The notes beneath the pieces were generated by a model. It was given only the letters and a program-made list of their open reading frames with translations, ran no database searches and had not been told where the DNA came from. DNA of 64,000 nt from an uncultured delta proteobacterium (GTDB lineage Bacteria; Desulfobacterota; Desulfobacteria; Desulfobacterales; JAFDCJ01), in NCBI GenBank assembly GCA_963769935.1, contig CAVYNY010000014.1, forward strand, positions 32,001-96,000, given 5' to 3'. The position numbers and the translations under genes were made by a program. Positions 9,502 through 19,253 of this stretch are shown here, piece by piece; position 1 is the first letter of the stretch, and each line of letters begins with the position of its first letter.

Positions 9502-12177
9502 ATGATGAAATTTTGGGGGCCTATCTTCCTGGCCTGCCTCACGGTCTTGAGCGGCTGTTCAGCTGTCGATCGCGGGGTCAAAAAAGTCGGCCCGCCCGCC
9601 TGGCCCGGTTCCAATCCCTTGAGCATTCCGTATGAGAATCGACTGCAGCAATATAACCAGGGCAATCTTGTTCCCAACCCTTCATTTGAAGAGGGACGGA
9701 TGATCGGCGGCAATCCGGCGGGAACGTTCATGCTCGCGGGTTGGCAAAAAGTCGGTCGGGACGTTGCGTGGATCAATCAGCCGACCGGTGCCGATGCCGC
9801 CCAGGAGGTGGGCAGCGGCAGGCACGCCGTCAAAATTGTCAGGCAAAAAGCCGGCGAACTGGATGAGGCGGAAGGAATTATCAGCGATTATATTGCCGTG
9901 ATTCCGGGAAACTACTATTTTACCTATAAGGTCAGATTAAACCATATCACCAGCCATAAATACAGGCTGGGAGTAAGGCTGCAGGATGCGGTCGTTATAA
10001 AGGTTCTGTTCTTCGACAGCCATAAGCAGCCGATCGATCCGGGCTCGATGAATCCGGTCAGTCAAACCCTCATTGACAGCTCGGACAAAGGGTACTCCTT
10101 TTCAAATTATTGGGCGGTGGATGACTTTCCCTGGAGTACGGTCAGGGGAAGAACGTATAACTATCCATACTCTGAGGGAGATGTTCCCGACCGGACCCGC
10201 TATGTGCGCCTGTTTTTAGGGTTGCGCGGCAGCGGCGCCATGTGGCTGGACGATATCGTCTTTCGCTACTCGAAATGGAATTTCACGGCGCTGGAGCGTT
10301 TTAAACCCTATTTCGACCGGCCGCTGACGCTGGAGGAAAGAATTGTCCCCACACCCAAAAACATTCAAAAGCTGAACGATGTTGTCTTTTACGATCCGCA
10401 AAGCGCGGGGTTGGATTTGCCCCTGATTGTGCTTCCGGAAAATCCGGCGGCAGCCGAGCAGGCAGCGGCCGAAATATTGCAGCAAAGAATCCGGCAGGTG
10501 ATAGACGCTGCCCTTCCGGCTGAAATAACGCAAGCGCTGCGGATTCGGATAATAAAAGAGGATTTGGCCCGCAATGATTTGATCAAGGCCAGGCTGATTT
10601 TCAGTATCGGCCGGAACAGATTTTCCCAACAAATCCAACCCGACCTGCCATTGCAATTTATCCGGGACAGGCCACAGGGCTATGTCATCAAGTCTGAAAA
10701 AGTCGGCGCAGCCCAGGTGGTCTTCTTAAACGGCGCCAGCCCCCTGGCAAATTACTACGCTGCCGCCACCGCCGTTCAGCTCTTTGAAAATGAGGCCTGT
10801 GTCTATCACAATGCCGCAGTCATCGACTATCCGGATTTTTCGGGCCGCTCCTATGTATTTAAGAAATGGAAAAACAGTCAGGAGCTGGAAAATGATATCA
10901 ACGCCATGCAGCGAATGACTCTTCTCAAATTAAACAAGGTCTATCTCGGCTATAACCGCAACGGCCGCAACTGGGATACTATTGATGCGCTGTACCTTCG
11001 CGGCATTAAGGCGGCCGGCAACTGGTGCCGGGAAAACGGCACCATCAGCCTGGCGATGATGGTAAATCCTTACTCCCATCTTGGTTTTGAAGCATCCGTC
11101 GCAAACCTCGACGATGGGCTGAAACATACCTGGACGCACAGCAGCCCGCAAAGCCTCGCGCAGCTTAAGAATATCTACAAAGCCGCCCTGGATGCAGGCG
11201 CAGATACGATAATGCTCCTGTCAGATGATTCGGTGCCGCACAGCGGAACCAACCGTCAAAACTATTCCCTCTATACGGAGGAAGACCAAAAGCGATTCAT
11301 CAATCTTCAAAATGCGCAGGCCTATGTGATCAATCAACTGAAGCAATGGCTTGACGTCGAGTATCCGGGAACCATCCTCGAGTTTTGCCCGCCCTGGTAT
11401 TCAAATGAACATGTCGACCACAGCCGGGGCCAGGCTGAACAATATTTCAAAGACCTGGCTTTCCAGATCCCCCGGGATGTAGCGGTCGTGTGGACCGGCC
11501 CGACAATACGATCATTGTCCATCGATATGGCCGATCTCTACCGCTTCAAATTGCTCATCGGCCGCTGGCCGATGATATGGGACAACACGCTGTATGCGAG
11601 AAGCTTAAAGAGTAAACGCTACGGAGGATATCCGACCTATTACCCCGCCAAAGTGAAGCTGTGCAATCTCTTTGAGCCCTTTGATACCTATCGGCCGGAC
11701 AACTTTCAAAATTACAGCGACGGCGGCCGGATGTACACCAATGGTGCTGCTTTCAGTGAAGTCTACCGGATTAAATACGCCACCGTGGCTGACTATGAAT
11801 GGAACACCGCCGCATATAATCCGGAACTTTCCCTCTGGAAAGTGCTTTGCCGGCTATACGGCCCGGCGTGCGCCAAAGAGCTCCTGCGCTTCAACGACGC
11901 TTATTACGATGTTGATGAGGTGTGCTTAATAATGGAGGCGGAGGGTGCGAGTGCCGGTTATATTAAAAGGGGCGCTGCGTCTTTAAGGCAGATGGATGAC
12001 CATATCGCCGGCATCTCCGCCGCATTGCCCGGATCGGGGCCCCTGGTGAAGGAGCTGCAAAATTATCGGAAAGAACAAAAAAAGTGGTTTGAACAATTGG
12101 CACGGGCGGCAGTAAAGAATCCCGCCGCAGCTTCCGGCCCGAAGAGCCTGCCGTCTGGAGAAAAGGCCGGCCTTTGA
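9502..12177 (+). CDS. Lipoprotein with CBM-like N-terminus, GH20-domain-2-like region and GH84 (O-GlcNAcase-like) catalytic domain
   Basis: Lipobox LSGC; 'NLVPNPSFEEG'; 'VIDYPDF.GR'; 'LLSDD'; 'FCPPWY'; 'VVWTGP'; 'IWDN'; 'ADYEWN..AYNPE'. Start is uncertain (9436-9505). Confidence 0.8.
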   Translation: MMKFWGPIFLACLTVLSGCSAVDRGVKKVGPPAWPGSNPLSIPYENRLQQYNQGNLVPNPSFEEGRMIGGNPAGTFMLAGWQKVGRDVAWINQPTGADAAQEVGSGRHAVKIVRQKAGELDEAEGIISDYIAVIPGNYYFTYKVRLNHITSHKYRLGVRLQDAVVIKVLFFDSHKQPIDPGSMNPVSQTLIDSSDKGYSFSNYWAVDDFPWSTVRGRTYNYPYSEGDVPDRTRYVRLFLGLRGSGAMWLDDIVFRYSKWNFTALERFKPYFDRPLTLEERIVPTPKNIQKLNDVVFYDPQSAGLDLPLIVLPENPAAAEQAAAEILQQRIRQVIDAALPAEITQALRIRIIKEDLARNDLIKARLIFSIGRNRFSQQIQPDLPLQFIRDRPQGYVIKSEKVGAAQVVFLNGASPLANYYAAATAVQLFENEACVYHNAAVIDYPDFSGRSYVFKKWKNSQELENDINAMQRMTLLKLNKVYLGYNRNGRNWDTIDALYLRGIKAAGNWCRENGTISLAMMVNPYSHLGFEASVANLDDGLKHTWTHSSPQSLAQLKNIYKAALDAGADTIMLLSDDSVPHSGTNRQNYSLYTEEDQKRFINLQNAQAYVINQLKQWLDVEYPGTILEFCPPWYSNEHVDHSRGQAEQYFKDLAFQIPRDVAVVWTGPTIRSLSIDMADLYRFKLLIGRWPMIWDNTLYARSLKSKRYGGYPTYYPAKVKLCNLFEPFDTYRPDNFQNYSDGGRMYTNGAAFSEVYRIKYATVADYEWNTAAYNPELSLWKVLCRLYGPACAKELLRFNDAYYDVDEVCLIMEAEGASAGYIKRGAASLRQMDDHIAGISAALPGSGPLVKELQNYRKEQKKWFEQLARAAVKNPAAASGPKSLPSGEKAGL

Positions 12178-12252
12178 CTTCACCCTGGAGGGTGGTTCCC
12201 ATAAGCGCTAAACTATTTTTAGCCTGGAGGACTGTGGCGGTTTACCAAAAAA

Positions 12253-12323
12253 GAACATCGAACATCGAACATCGAACGTTGAATGGGGAATAGATGAAGA
12301 AATAGATTTATGATTTAGAAGAA
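12253..12323 (+). pseudogene. Heptamer tandem repeat (GAACATC)x3 followed by a probable four-helix-bundle gene relic
   Basis: 12294-12323 translates M-K-K-stop-I-Y-D-L-E-E, like the 'YDLEER' start of four helix bundle proteins; nothing further is recognisable. Confidence 0.55.
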
Positions 12324-12365
12324 ATGATATTTACCAGGAAACAGAAGAATTAAATGGATTCGTCC

Positions 12366-13112
12366 CTAATTTTCCAAAAAGGGTGAAAAAAGATACCGTA
12401 TATCCGCCAAAGACTTTTCGATGGCATAGGGCAGGGACTTCGCATGGTTATCTAGGATGACAATCGCATTGATTGATGAATCGGTTTTGGTAGCCGCTCG
12501 CAGGCGTTCGACAATAGCGATATTGATGATTTGCATGTTGTCGTAAATTCTGGTCAACCCTTCGAGTTCGAGGTCGGCGGTGCGCCCGGCTTTTTTCAGA
12601 AAATACTGCGCCAGCAGGTACATCGAGGTTGCGCGAAAGATTGTTTCTTCTTTACTTGCCAGGGGCAGATGAAAACGTGCCATCGGTCTGAAAAAGGCGG
12701 CATGCGGACATCCACTGGTTGCAATGACCAGCCCCAGCATCGAACTGATTCCTATCTGAGCCGTCGTTATCTGGGATATGCACCGTTCGGCTGTTTTAAC
12801 GTCCACCCTGATTTCATCGTATGAAATCAGGTCCTCAAAGCGATTAACGATATTGACCAGATTGACCGCCAAAGGACAGCGCGGATGACGCGCGATATCG
12901 AGCGGACAGTTCGGGCATTGATGAAAATCCAATTCGGTCCAGGCGGGCGGATGATCAGGGATATTGCTGATCAGCTCCAGGCTGGCGGCGGCCAGTTCAA
13001 AGATAAATTCTTCCCGGGAGTTGTTGCGCTTGCGGAAATGGTATTGAATCACAGTGTTTTTCACGACACCTCTTGAGGTTTTATGTATTGTCCGTTGAAA
13101 AGCAAAATTCAT
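12366..13112 (-). CDS. Cys-containing conserved protein (DUF6901-like)
   Basis: 'WTELDFHQCPNCPL...CP', 'ATSGCP...RPMARFHLP', 'SMYLLAQYF'. True start may be downstream of 13112. Confidence 0.8.
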   Translation of the reverse strand: MNFAFQRTIHKTSRGVVKNTVIQYHFRKRNNSREEFIFELAAASLELISNIPDHPPAWTELDFHQCPNCPLDIARHPRCPLAVNLVNIVNRFEDLISYDEIRVDVKTAERCISQITTAQIGISSMLGLVIATSGCPHAAFFRPMARFHLPLASKEETIFRATSMYLLAQYFLKKAGRTADLELEGLTRIYDNMQIINIAIVERLRAATKTDSSINAIVILDNHAKSLPYAIEKSLADIRYLFSPFLEN

Positions 13113-13445
13113 TCCATTCGATCGGCTTGGTCTAAATTAACCACATTATCTGATGGTTAGACGGCAGTACGAGAATCAGGTAAATGAATTTTCCCATCAA
13201 TTTGTTGTAGAGTGGACAGACGGTTATCTTTTTGTGAACATCGGTGAATATCCCCGCGCGAGATATCTGAGTTGATTAAAGCGGTGTTTAATATTATGTT
13301 ATCAGGCAGGATATCGATGTAGAAATAAAATTCATTATCCATCAGTATGGAATAGCTGGTGAAATCGTCGGGAAGCAACCCCACTCAAGGGCTGGCCGCG
13401 ATCTTACCGGGTTTATGTTAACACTCAGCAGGAAGGAAAAACCGG

Positions 13446-13805
13446 ATGAATATCGATGTTTCGATTCATGAGGTCGTATCCTGGCTTGTGACGGTTGTCG
13501 CGCTGACCCTTTATTTAATGGAGCGGCGTAAAAACGTTGCCGCCCCCTGCTATAAGGCTCTGCAGGGGATTCTCCGATCCTGTCTTGAAAGGAAAGGCCA
13601 TTTCGCCGTCCTCGCCAAGAACCTTCAAGAAGACAAACGGGAAGAAATCCCCAAAACTGAGTTTCTGCTTACCCTCGACATTGCTCAAACGGAGTATTTT
13701 GCAATGATGCAGTTTGTAATGGGTACCATCCACGCCATTCAGCTGAACCAGGATATTCCCTCTGAAGTTGATGAGTTTGCAATTTCTAAAAAAGAAGAAT
13801 TATAG
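13446..13805 (+). CDS. Hypothetical protein with N-terminal TM helix
   Basis: ATG with AAGGA RBS; 119-aa ORF. Confidence 0.7.
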   Translation: MNIDVSIHEVVSWLVTVVALTLYLMERRKNVAAPCYKALQGILRSCLERKGHFAVLAKNLQEDKREEIPKTEFLLTLDIAQTEYFAMMQFVMGTIHAIQLNQDIPSEVDEFAISKKEEL

Positions 13806-13836
13806 CAGCTGTTTCTGCCGCAGAAATACCGTGTCT

Positions 13837-14856
13837 TCACGTAATCAGTCCCCTGTGCTGCATTTCCGACAACACCATGTATATGTCAGTCTCGTTGTAA
13901 GGGATTCGACGGACCATGCGGGCGATAGTGTCATTTTTTTGAAGGCACTGGTGGATTTGGCGGGCCAGGGGCAGCGTGTCCGGATTTTCCCAGGTCAGCG
14001 TTTTCATGTTAAGCTTGAATCGGCGCCGGTCGTCCGGAATTTCAGACTTGAGTTCTTTCAACTCGTCCATCAGGTGGGCACATTCCATCAGCAGCCCCGT
14101 GGTGGAAGCCATGATTTCTTCCTCGTCGGTAAAATCGGCCGGCAGCGGACCGCTCCTGAAAATAAAGGATTCCTGGAGCGGTGCCAGAAAAAGCTGATAG
14201 ACGGCCTGTTTACCGATCAGATGTCCCAGCTTGGCATAACGGATCCGTCCCAGGTCAAAATAGATTTCGGCAAATATATTCCCGGCCGAGTCCCGGATGG
14301 TAAGGGTTCCCGATCGGCCGGCGCCGGACAGGGCCTGGATCACCGTGGCGAGATCGAAGTATTGCAGGTCGCCGGACAGCTTCTGGTAGCGGGCGGCCAT
14401 TCGCTGCTTGCGCAGCCGATCCTCCAAACGTCTGGACATAACCGTAAGCAGGCTGTTGGAAAACTCCGGAATTTCCTGCATTAAGGCCTCAAAGGCGGAT
14501 TTGGGCAGTTTATAAACCTCTGCCATTTGCGGTATCCGGGCCAGCGAACCTCGGGGCGTGCCGGTAGTAATGGCCATTTCCCCGATCGTGTCGCCCTCTC
14601 CCAGGTAAGCCACAACCGAAGGCGACTCGCCGTCTCCGCGGGCCCGGCATATTTCAACTACGCCGGATTTTACCACATACAGCACATCGGCCGGGTCTCC
14701 CAGCTGAAACAGAACGGCGCCCGGTGTTGAATATGATTCAATTGCGCCTCGCCTGAGAACAATCCAGAGGAGGTCTGATCCAAACGCTTCAAATATTTCC
14801 GCCCGCTTTAAAAAACGGATGTGTTCGTCCAGTTGCAGGTCTTTTACCGGGTTCAT
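13837..14856 (-). CDS. Cyclic-nucleotide-binding domain plus DUF4388 (PATAN-like) domain protein
   Basis: cNMP motifs 'LYVVKSGVVEI', 'GDTIGEMA', 'PRGS'; then 'LSGDLQYFDLATVIQ.L...RSG.L' and 'STTGLLME'. Confidence 0.85.
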   Translation of the reverse strand: MNPVKDLQLDEHIRFLKRAEIFEAFGSDLLWIVLRRGAIESYSTPGAVLFQLGDPADVLYVVKSGVVEICRARGDGESPSVVAYLGEGDTIGEMAITTGTPRGSLARIPQMAEVYKLPKSAFEALMQEIPEFSNSLLTVMSRRLEDRLRKQRMAARYQKLSGDLQYFDLATVIQALSGAGRSGTLTIRDSAGNIFAEIYFDLGRIRYAKLGHLIGKQAVYQLFLAPLQESFIFRSGPLPADFTDEEEIMASTTGLLMECAHLMDELKELKSEIPDDRRRFKLNMKTLTWENPDTLPLARQIHQCLQKNDTIARMVRRIPYNETDIYMVLSEMQHRGLIT

Positions 14857-15140
14857 GGGCAGGCCTTCCCTTTCAGGTTTTTCAAATCATTGTCGCTGGT
14901 TTTGATTGTAAAAGCAATTTTTGGGCCGAATCCAGTCAAAATTTCTGCTGAGCGAGAATCGCCCGGATTTTTATAGAAAGCGCATCCGGGCGATAAAAAA
15001 CCATTTTGGTTCAACTCACACGCCTACCGATAGATGTGTCTGCCGAGGAAGTGATTTTTTTATGGATAATAAATTTTTTGTCGTTCGTCAAGGTAATGAC
15101 ATGGCGGGATTTCCGCTGGGCTGCAGCCTGCAGACCCGGG

Positions 15141-16745
15141 CTAGGAGATATCGTCTGCTTTCCATTTCCGGCAAATCACACAGGCATTGATTCCGCCGAT
15201 GCCCATGTTGATCTTGCCTGCGATATCCCCTTCCATTGCCACCGGTTCATCGCCGACCAGGCACTGGTGATAGGGCCGCATGAGATTATGAACTTCCTCT
15301 TTTTCGAGATCGATCGGTGCCAGTTTGCCCTTGGCAAATCCGAGGTGCTGCGCCGTCAGCTCCCAGCCACCGCAGACCGACATACCGTGGCCGAAAGTAC
15401 CCTTGCGGGCCGTGAATTTCGTGTTGCCGGGGAAAACGTCAAGGGCATTCTGCAATTCGGTCCAATCTCCGGGAGTTGCCGTGGCGTGCATGTCCCAGGT
15501 CTCCACCTCTTCCGGACGGATCCCGGCTTCGCTCAACGCCTGCTGAATTGCGGTTAAGGGGCCCTCGCGCGACGGGGTGATGATGTGGTCGGCGTCTGAG
15601 GTGAGCGCCACGCTGAGGATTTCCAGGCCCAGCGGTTTGAAACCTTGCTGCATGAAAAAATCGGCATCCCCCACGATCCACATGCAGGCGCCCCCGGCGA
15701 TGTGAGTGCCGCGCAGTCCTGTAAACGGTTTGGAGACGCGGCCATCGTGGGAGAGAACACGGGCGCCGTAAAATGCACCCACTGAAAGCGGATGGGGCTC
15801 CGGGTCCGTTGCCCCGACCACAACCGCTTGCGCCTGGCCCGCTCGAATGGCGTTGATCCCCATTTTCAGGGCCGTTCCAAATCCGGAGCAGGCAGCGACC
15901 GGTGCCACCGCCGGGCCCGTTATCCGGGCCAGCATGGAAATTTGGGCGGCTGGAATGTTGGGAAGGTTCCAGAGCAGCATCGGGTCGACGGCATTCCAGG
16001 GCTCGGTGGGACAGCCGTACTTGTCATTGAGTTTGCGCCTGGCGCCGGATTTGCGCCGTATCAGATGGACTTTTTCCTTCTCAATATCGCCCGTAATGCT
16101 TTCGGCCTCGATCTGCTTCAACTCACCCAGATATTGCCGCAGTCCGCCCGACCGATTTACCCAGAAAGCATACCAGCTTTCGGTGGTGTCCTCATAGTTT
16201 TCGTCCAACGGATCGAAACCCTCCGGATCCGGCGGCGCGCCGAGTTCTGCTCTGAGATCAGTTTTGGCGGCCGGCGATGTCATCGCTCGATAGGCCGCCA
16301 ACTCGCTGTGATACGCTTCCCGACACCAGAATCGGTTCCAGCGCTGCTGAGCTTTATTATATATCATTGCTTTTTCATAGTGCAGGGGAAAATCGCCGAG
16401 ACCGGTGGCGACATAAATATGAGCCTGTGTTTTCAGGCCCTGCAACAGCCTCTCAATAGCCGGATTCTGTTCAAGGGCCTGAATGAACGCCCCCAGCGCA
16501 TACTTAACCATGTTGCCCATTTTTTGGTCCAGCTGGGAATATTTTCGGGGGGTAAAGCGGCTCTCGATCCATGATCGGTAAACGGAGAAATCAAAATCAG
16601 GCTCGCCGACCAGAAAATTGCTTGGCCCGAAACCGGTAAACGGTCGGAGCCAGTTGGTGGCTTTCTCCAGATTTTTCTCAAAAACCTTGATATTGGGCGA
16701 TCTGGGGGCAACGATTCCCCAACCGAAGATACCGATTCGCTTCAT
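15141..16745 (-). CDS. Stand-alone beta-ketoacyl synthase (FabB/F-like) with a large insertion
   Basis: Cys-His-His triad motifs 'VAACSG', 'DMHATAT', 'KGTFGH'; C-terminal 'NMGIGGINA'. Confidence 0.85.
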   Translation of the reverse strand: MKRIGIFGWGIVAPRSPNIKVFEKNLEKATNWLRPFTGFGPSNFLVGEPDFDFSVYRSWIESRFTPRKYSQLDQKMGNMVKYALGAFIQALEQNPAIERLLQGLKTQAHIYVATGLGDFPLHYEKAMIYNKAQQRWNRFWCREAYHSELAAYRAMTSPAAKTDLRAELGAPPDPEGFDPLDENYEDTTESWYAFWVNRSGGLRQYLGELKQIEAESITGDIEKEKVHLIRRKSGARRKLNDKYGCPTEPWNAVDPMLLWNLPNIPAAQISMLARITGPAVAPVAACSGFGTALKMGINAIRAGQAQAVVVGATDPEPHPLSVGAFYGARVLSHDGRVSKPFTGLRGTHIAGGACMWIVGDADFFMQQGFKPLGLEILSVALTSDADHIITPSREGPLTAIQQALSEAGIRPEEVETWDMHATATPGDWTELQNALDVFPGNTKFTARKGTFGHGMSVCGGWELTAQHLGFAKGKLAPIDLEKEEVHNLMRPYHQCLVGDEPVAMEGDIAGKINMGIGGINACVICRKWKADDIS

Positions 16746-17014
16746 CTGGACTAACTCCGTCTTTCCCGCACACTATAGCGCAAGTATGATTTCAGCCATC
16801 CGAATATAAGTTACCCACGCGGTGCCCGATTATTATGGGATAAAGTATATACCTTAAGGTCGGGTGTCAAAGTCTGCCTACTGAAAATCCGACAGAGAAT
16901 CACATTGAAGTCCCGGTTTTTCAAAAATGGAGGTACGGTTGATGTCTGCCGCCTGGGCATCCACAATTTAATGGAGGGGACCGCTGATGGCGACCCGGCA
17001 TTTTCAGGCCGCGG

Positions 17015-17650
17015 TCAACTGCGCGACGCCCGTGCCAGCGTTACCTTGATTTTATTTGAGTCGGCTATTTTTTCAGCCATCAGGATGGAGATGTTTTTCA
17101 GACACTGCTCCATGGATCTGCTGATGGCGACGGCACCGCCGCCGCATGTCCGGCCGGCATCCGCAAAATCTTTTTTGCTGTACCCGACCACCGAGCGCCA
17201 GATCGGGTTCAGCTTCGCGTCGTAGAAGGTGAGCAGTATATTCATTTCAACCCATGATTCGGCGGTTCCGGACCAGGTCCCATCGGTAAACTTCAAATCG
17301 ACGTCAAAATCCAGGAGTTCGGCCGCCAGTATGCCGTCGAAACCATGATTCTGCGGAACACTATCAACCGGCCGGCAATTTTTGAAAACACTCTGCGCGG
17401 TTTTGATCAGGGTGGCTTTGATGCTTTGACCGGCTTCGAGTGGAAAGTTGGTTGTGCTGCAATAGCGGCTGTGGGGCTCCACAACTTTACTTAGCTCAGC
17501 CAGTTCAGGAGGAATGAAAATCGCTATATTTCCTTCTATTTTCTGATCTATGAGCTTTAATGCAACCGGTGAGACGATCGGCGTGACCGTCACCGCGTGT
17601 GAGCAACCCAAAAGGAGCATGCTTATCAATAGACAAAGCGGTTTTTTCAT
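17015..17650 (-). CDS. Hypothetical lipoprotein
   Basis: GGAGG RBS; MKK...LLGC lipobox. Confidence 0.8.
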   Translation of the reverse strand: MKKPLCLLISMLLLGCSHAVTVTPIVSPVALKLIDQKIEGNIAIFIPPELAELSKVVEPHSRYCSTTNFPLEAGQSIKATLIKTAQSVFKNCRPVDSVPQNHGFDGILAAELLDFDVDLKFTDGTWSGTAESWVEMNILLTFYDAKLNPIWRSVVGYSKKDFADAGRTCGGGAVAISRSMEQCLKNISILMAEKIADSNKIKVTLARASRS

Positions 17651-17893
17651 TTTCTTATAACCTCCAAGAACCGTAGTAATTTGGCCGGCAACGAATCGGC
17701 CTATGCCAATCATCAGTGTCCGTATTGTTTATCGGCCAATAAGGAAAAAACTTAAAAGCAAATCACACTCGATTTGGGCCTTCCTGGGTCGAATTGACAT
17801 CCCGAAATTGGTGATCATGTTTCTATTAAAATTCTTCCGATGATTTAAAATGGCTGAGTAAGCCGATCGGCATGCGGAAAGGAGATTGCGGCA

Positions 17894-18460
17894 ATGAAGT
17901 ATTCCAAGGTTTTCTTGAGTTTCTGGCTGGTGATACTTTTGGGGACGCCCGCAGTGGCCGCTTATGATATTCAGCAGGGTATCCATGGTAAGAAATGGGG
18001 CAGCTCAATCTTATCCTACGGCGATTTAATCAAGGTGCACGAATGGGGGCAGACGGCGTATTATGTTGACTCGAATATGTACTATGAAACTGCCAACCAA
18101 ATGGTTCCCGCCGTTTTTTATGGTTTTTACAAGGGCCGGTTTTTTGCCGTATTCATTAAGCTGCGCTCACCGGCCCAGTTCTCAAACCTGGAACGACAAT
18201 TCACGGCCAGGCACGGCAAGCCTAAAACCACCCGTGATCCCGCAGCCCGATTGACGGTGCATCGCTGGCAGAACAAAAATATAAAAATTAAGCTGAAATT
18301 GCGGGAATCGCCGGCGGAATACAAGCTGGCCATATATTACGCCCCGCTGACGGGCCGACTTAACGAGGACCAGCTGGAGAACATACCGCCCGAGGCTTAC
18401 GATAAGATGCCCTCTAATAAAGAGAACAATTCAAAACCGGTACCGTTGCTGGACTATTGA
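17894..18460 (+). CDS. Hypothetical exported protein
   Basis: AAGGAG RBS; signal peptide ending AVAA. Confidence 0.8.
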   Translation: MKYSKVFLSFWLVILLGTPAVAAYDIQQGIHGKKWGSSILSYGDLIKVHEWGQTAYYVDSNMYYETANQMVPAVFYGFYKGRFFAVFIKLRSPAQFSNLERQFTARHGKPKTTRDPAARLTVHRWQNKNIKIKLKLRESPAEYKLAIYYAPLTGRLNEDQLENIPPEAYDKMPSNKENNSKPVPLLDY

Positions 18461-18520
18461 TTTTTGTGAGAATCAGAAGTGACATCCGGTAATGTGGGGG
18501 TTGATGCAGGGTTCGGCAAA

Positions 18521-18546
18521 TAAAAAGGCGGCCGGACAGCCGCCTG
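18521..18546 (-). terminator. Intrinsic terminator
   Basis: AGGCGGC/GCCGCCT stem next to an A-run (U-run on the minus strand), just downstream of the 18571-18726 ORF. Confidence 0.65.
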
Positions 18547-18570
18547 CTGAAGTACAGTAAACAATTCAAC

Positions 18571-18726
18571 CTATCCGCAGATTTGACAATCCTCAAGGCA
18601 TTGCATGTATTCCCGGTCTCGTTTTTCGTCGTCACCGTCTTCTTCGACCTCGGAATTTCCCCAGTATTTATATATGCAATTGCTCATACAGGCTTGTTCA
18701 TGTCTGGTTATCTGGTGTTCTTTCAT
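18571..18726 (-). CDS. Small acidic Cys-rich protein (51 aa, CX3C...CX3CX2C); not in the ORF track
   Basis: GAGGTG RBS, ATG at 18726, TAG at 18571; MKEHQITRHEQACMSNCIYKYWGNSEVEEDGDDEKRDREYMQCLEDCQICG. Confidence 0.75.
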   Translation of the reverse strand: MKEHQITRHEQACMSNCIYKYWGNSEVEEDGDDEKRDREYMQCLEDCQICG

Positions 18727-18813
18727 GATGCACCTCACAGAACTTTAATGGAATCATCTTCAGGGTATATGTTTATCCTAATCATTTTATTTCCGATTGC
18801 AACCGATGGTGCA

Positions 18814-19008
18814 TTATTTCGCTGATTCCGGTTGATCCGCCTTCAGCGCTTTCAGTTGCGCCAAAACGGCTGCATATTCGTCTTCCAGCTCGAAAAGCTC
18901 GGTCATGATCGGCGGTTTCACCGAATGGGCGGGCAGCCGTTTTTCGGTCTCCTTGATTTTCCGTTCGAGTTCGGCCAATTTATTTTTGAATTTCTGTTTT
19001 TGATCCAT
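18814..19008 (-). CDS. Small coiled-coil hypothetical protein
   Basis: GGAGA RBS; 'KRLPAHSVKP..M.ELFELEDE' motif. Confidence 0.8.
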   Translation of the reverse strand: MDQKQKFKNKLAELERKIKETEKRLPAHSVKPPIMTELFELEDEYAAVLAQLKALKADQPESAK

Positions 19009-19253
19009 CTTTATTGTCTCCAGTATTCCAATGGTGAGCGCAGCAGACCAAGCTCTCCCCCCTGAACGACAGCAGTTTGAGAGTTGTCAAATGTTTTTTG
19101 AAAAAGGCTCACTCAAAAATTTTGATTGCACGGTTGCCATATTCCTTTTCGATAGTTATTGTTTCAATGATATCAACCTTGATAGTCGAGCCGAAAATGA
19201 CTGTGTCCGGGGCAGCCGGCAATAATAAAAGAATCAAAATCCAGGAGGTTGCT

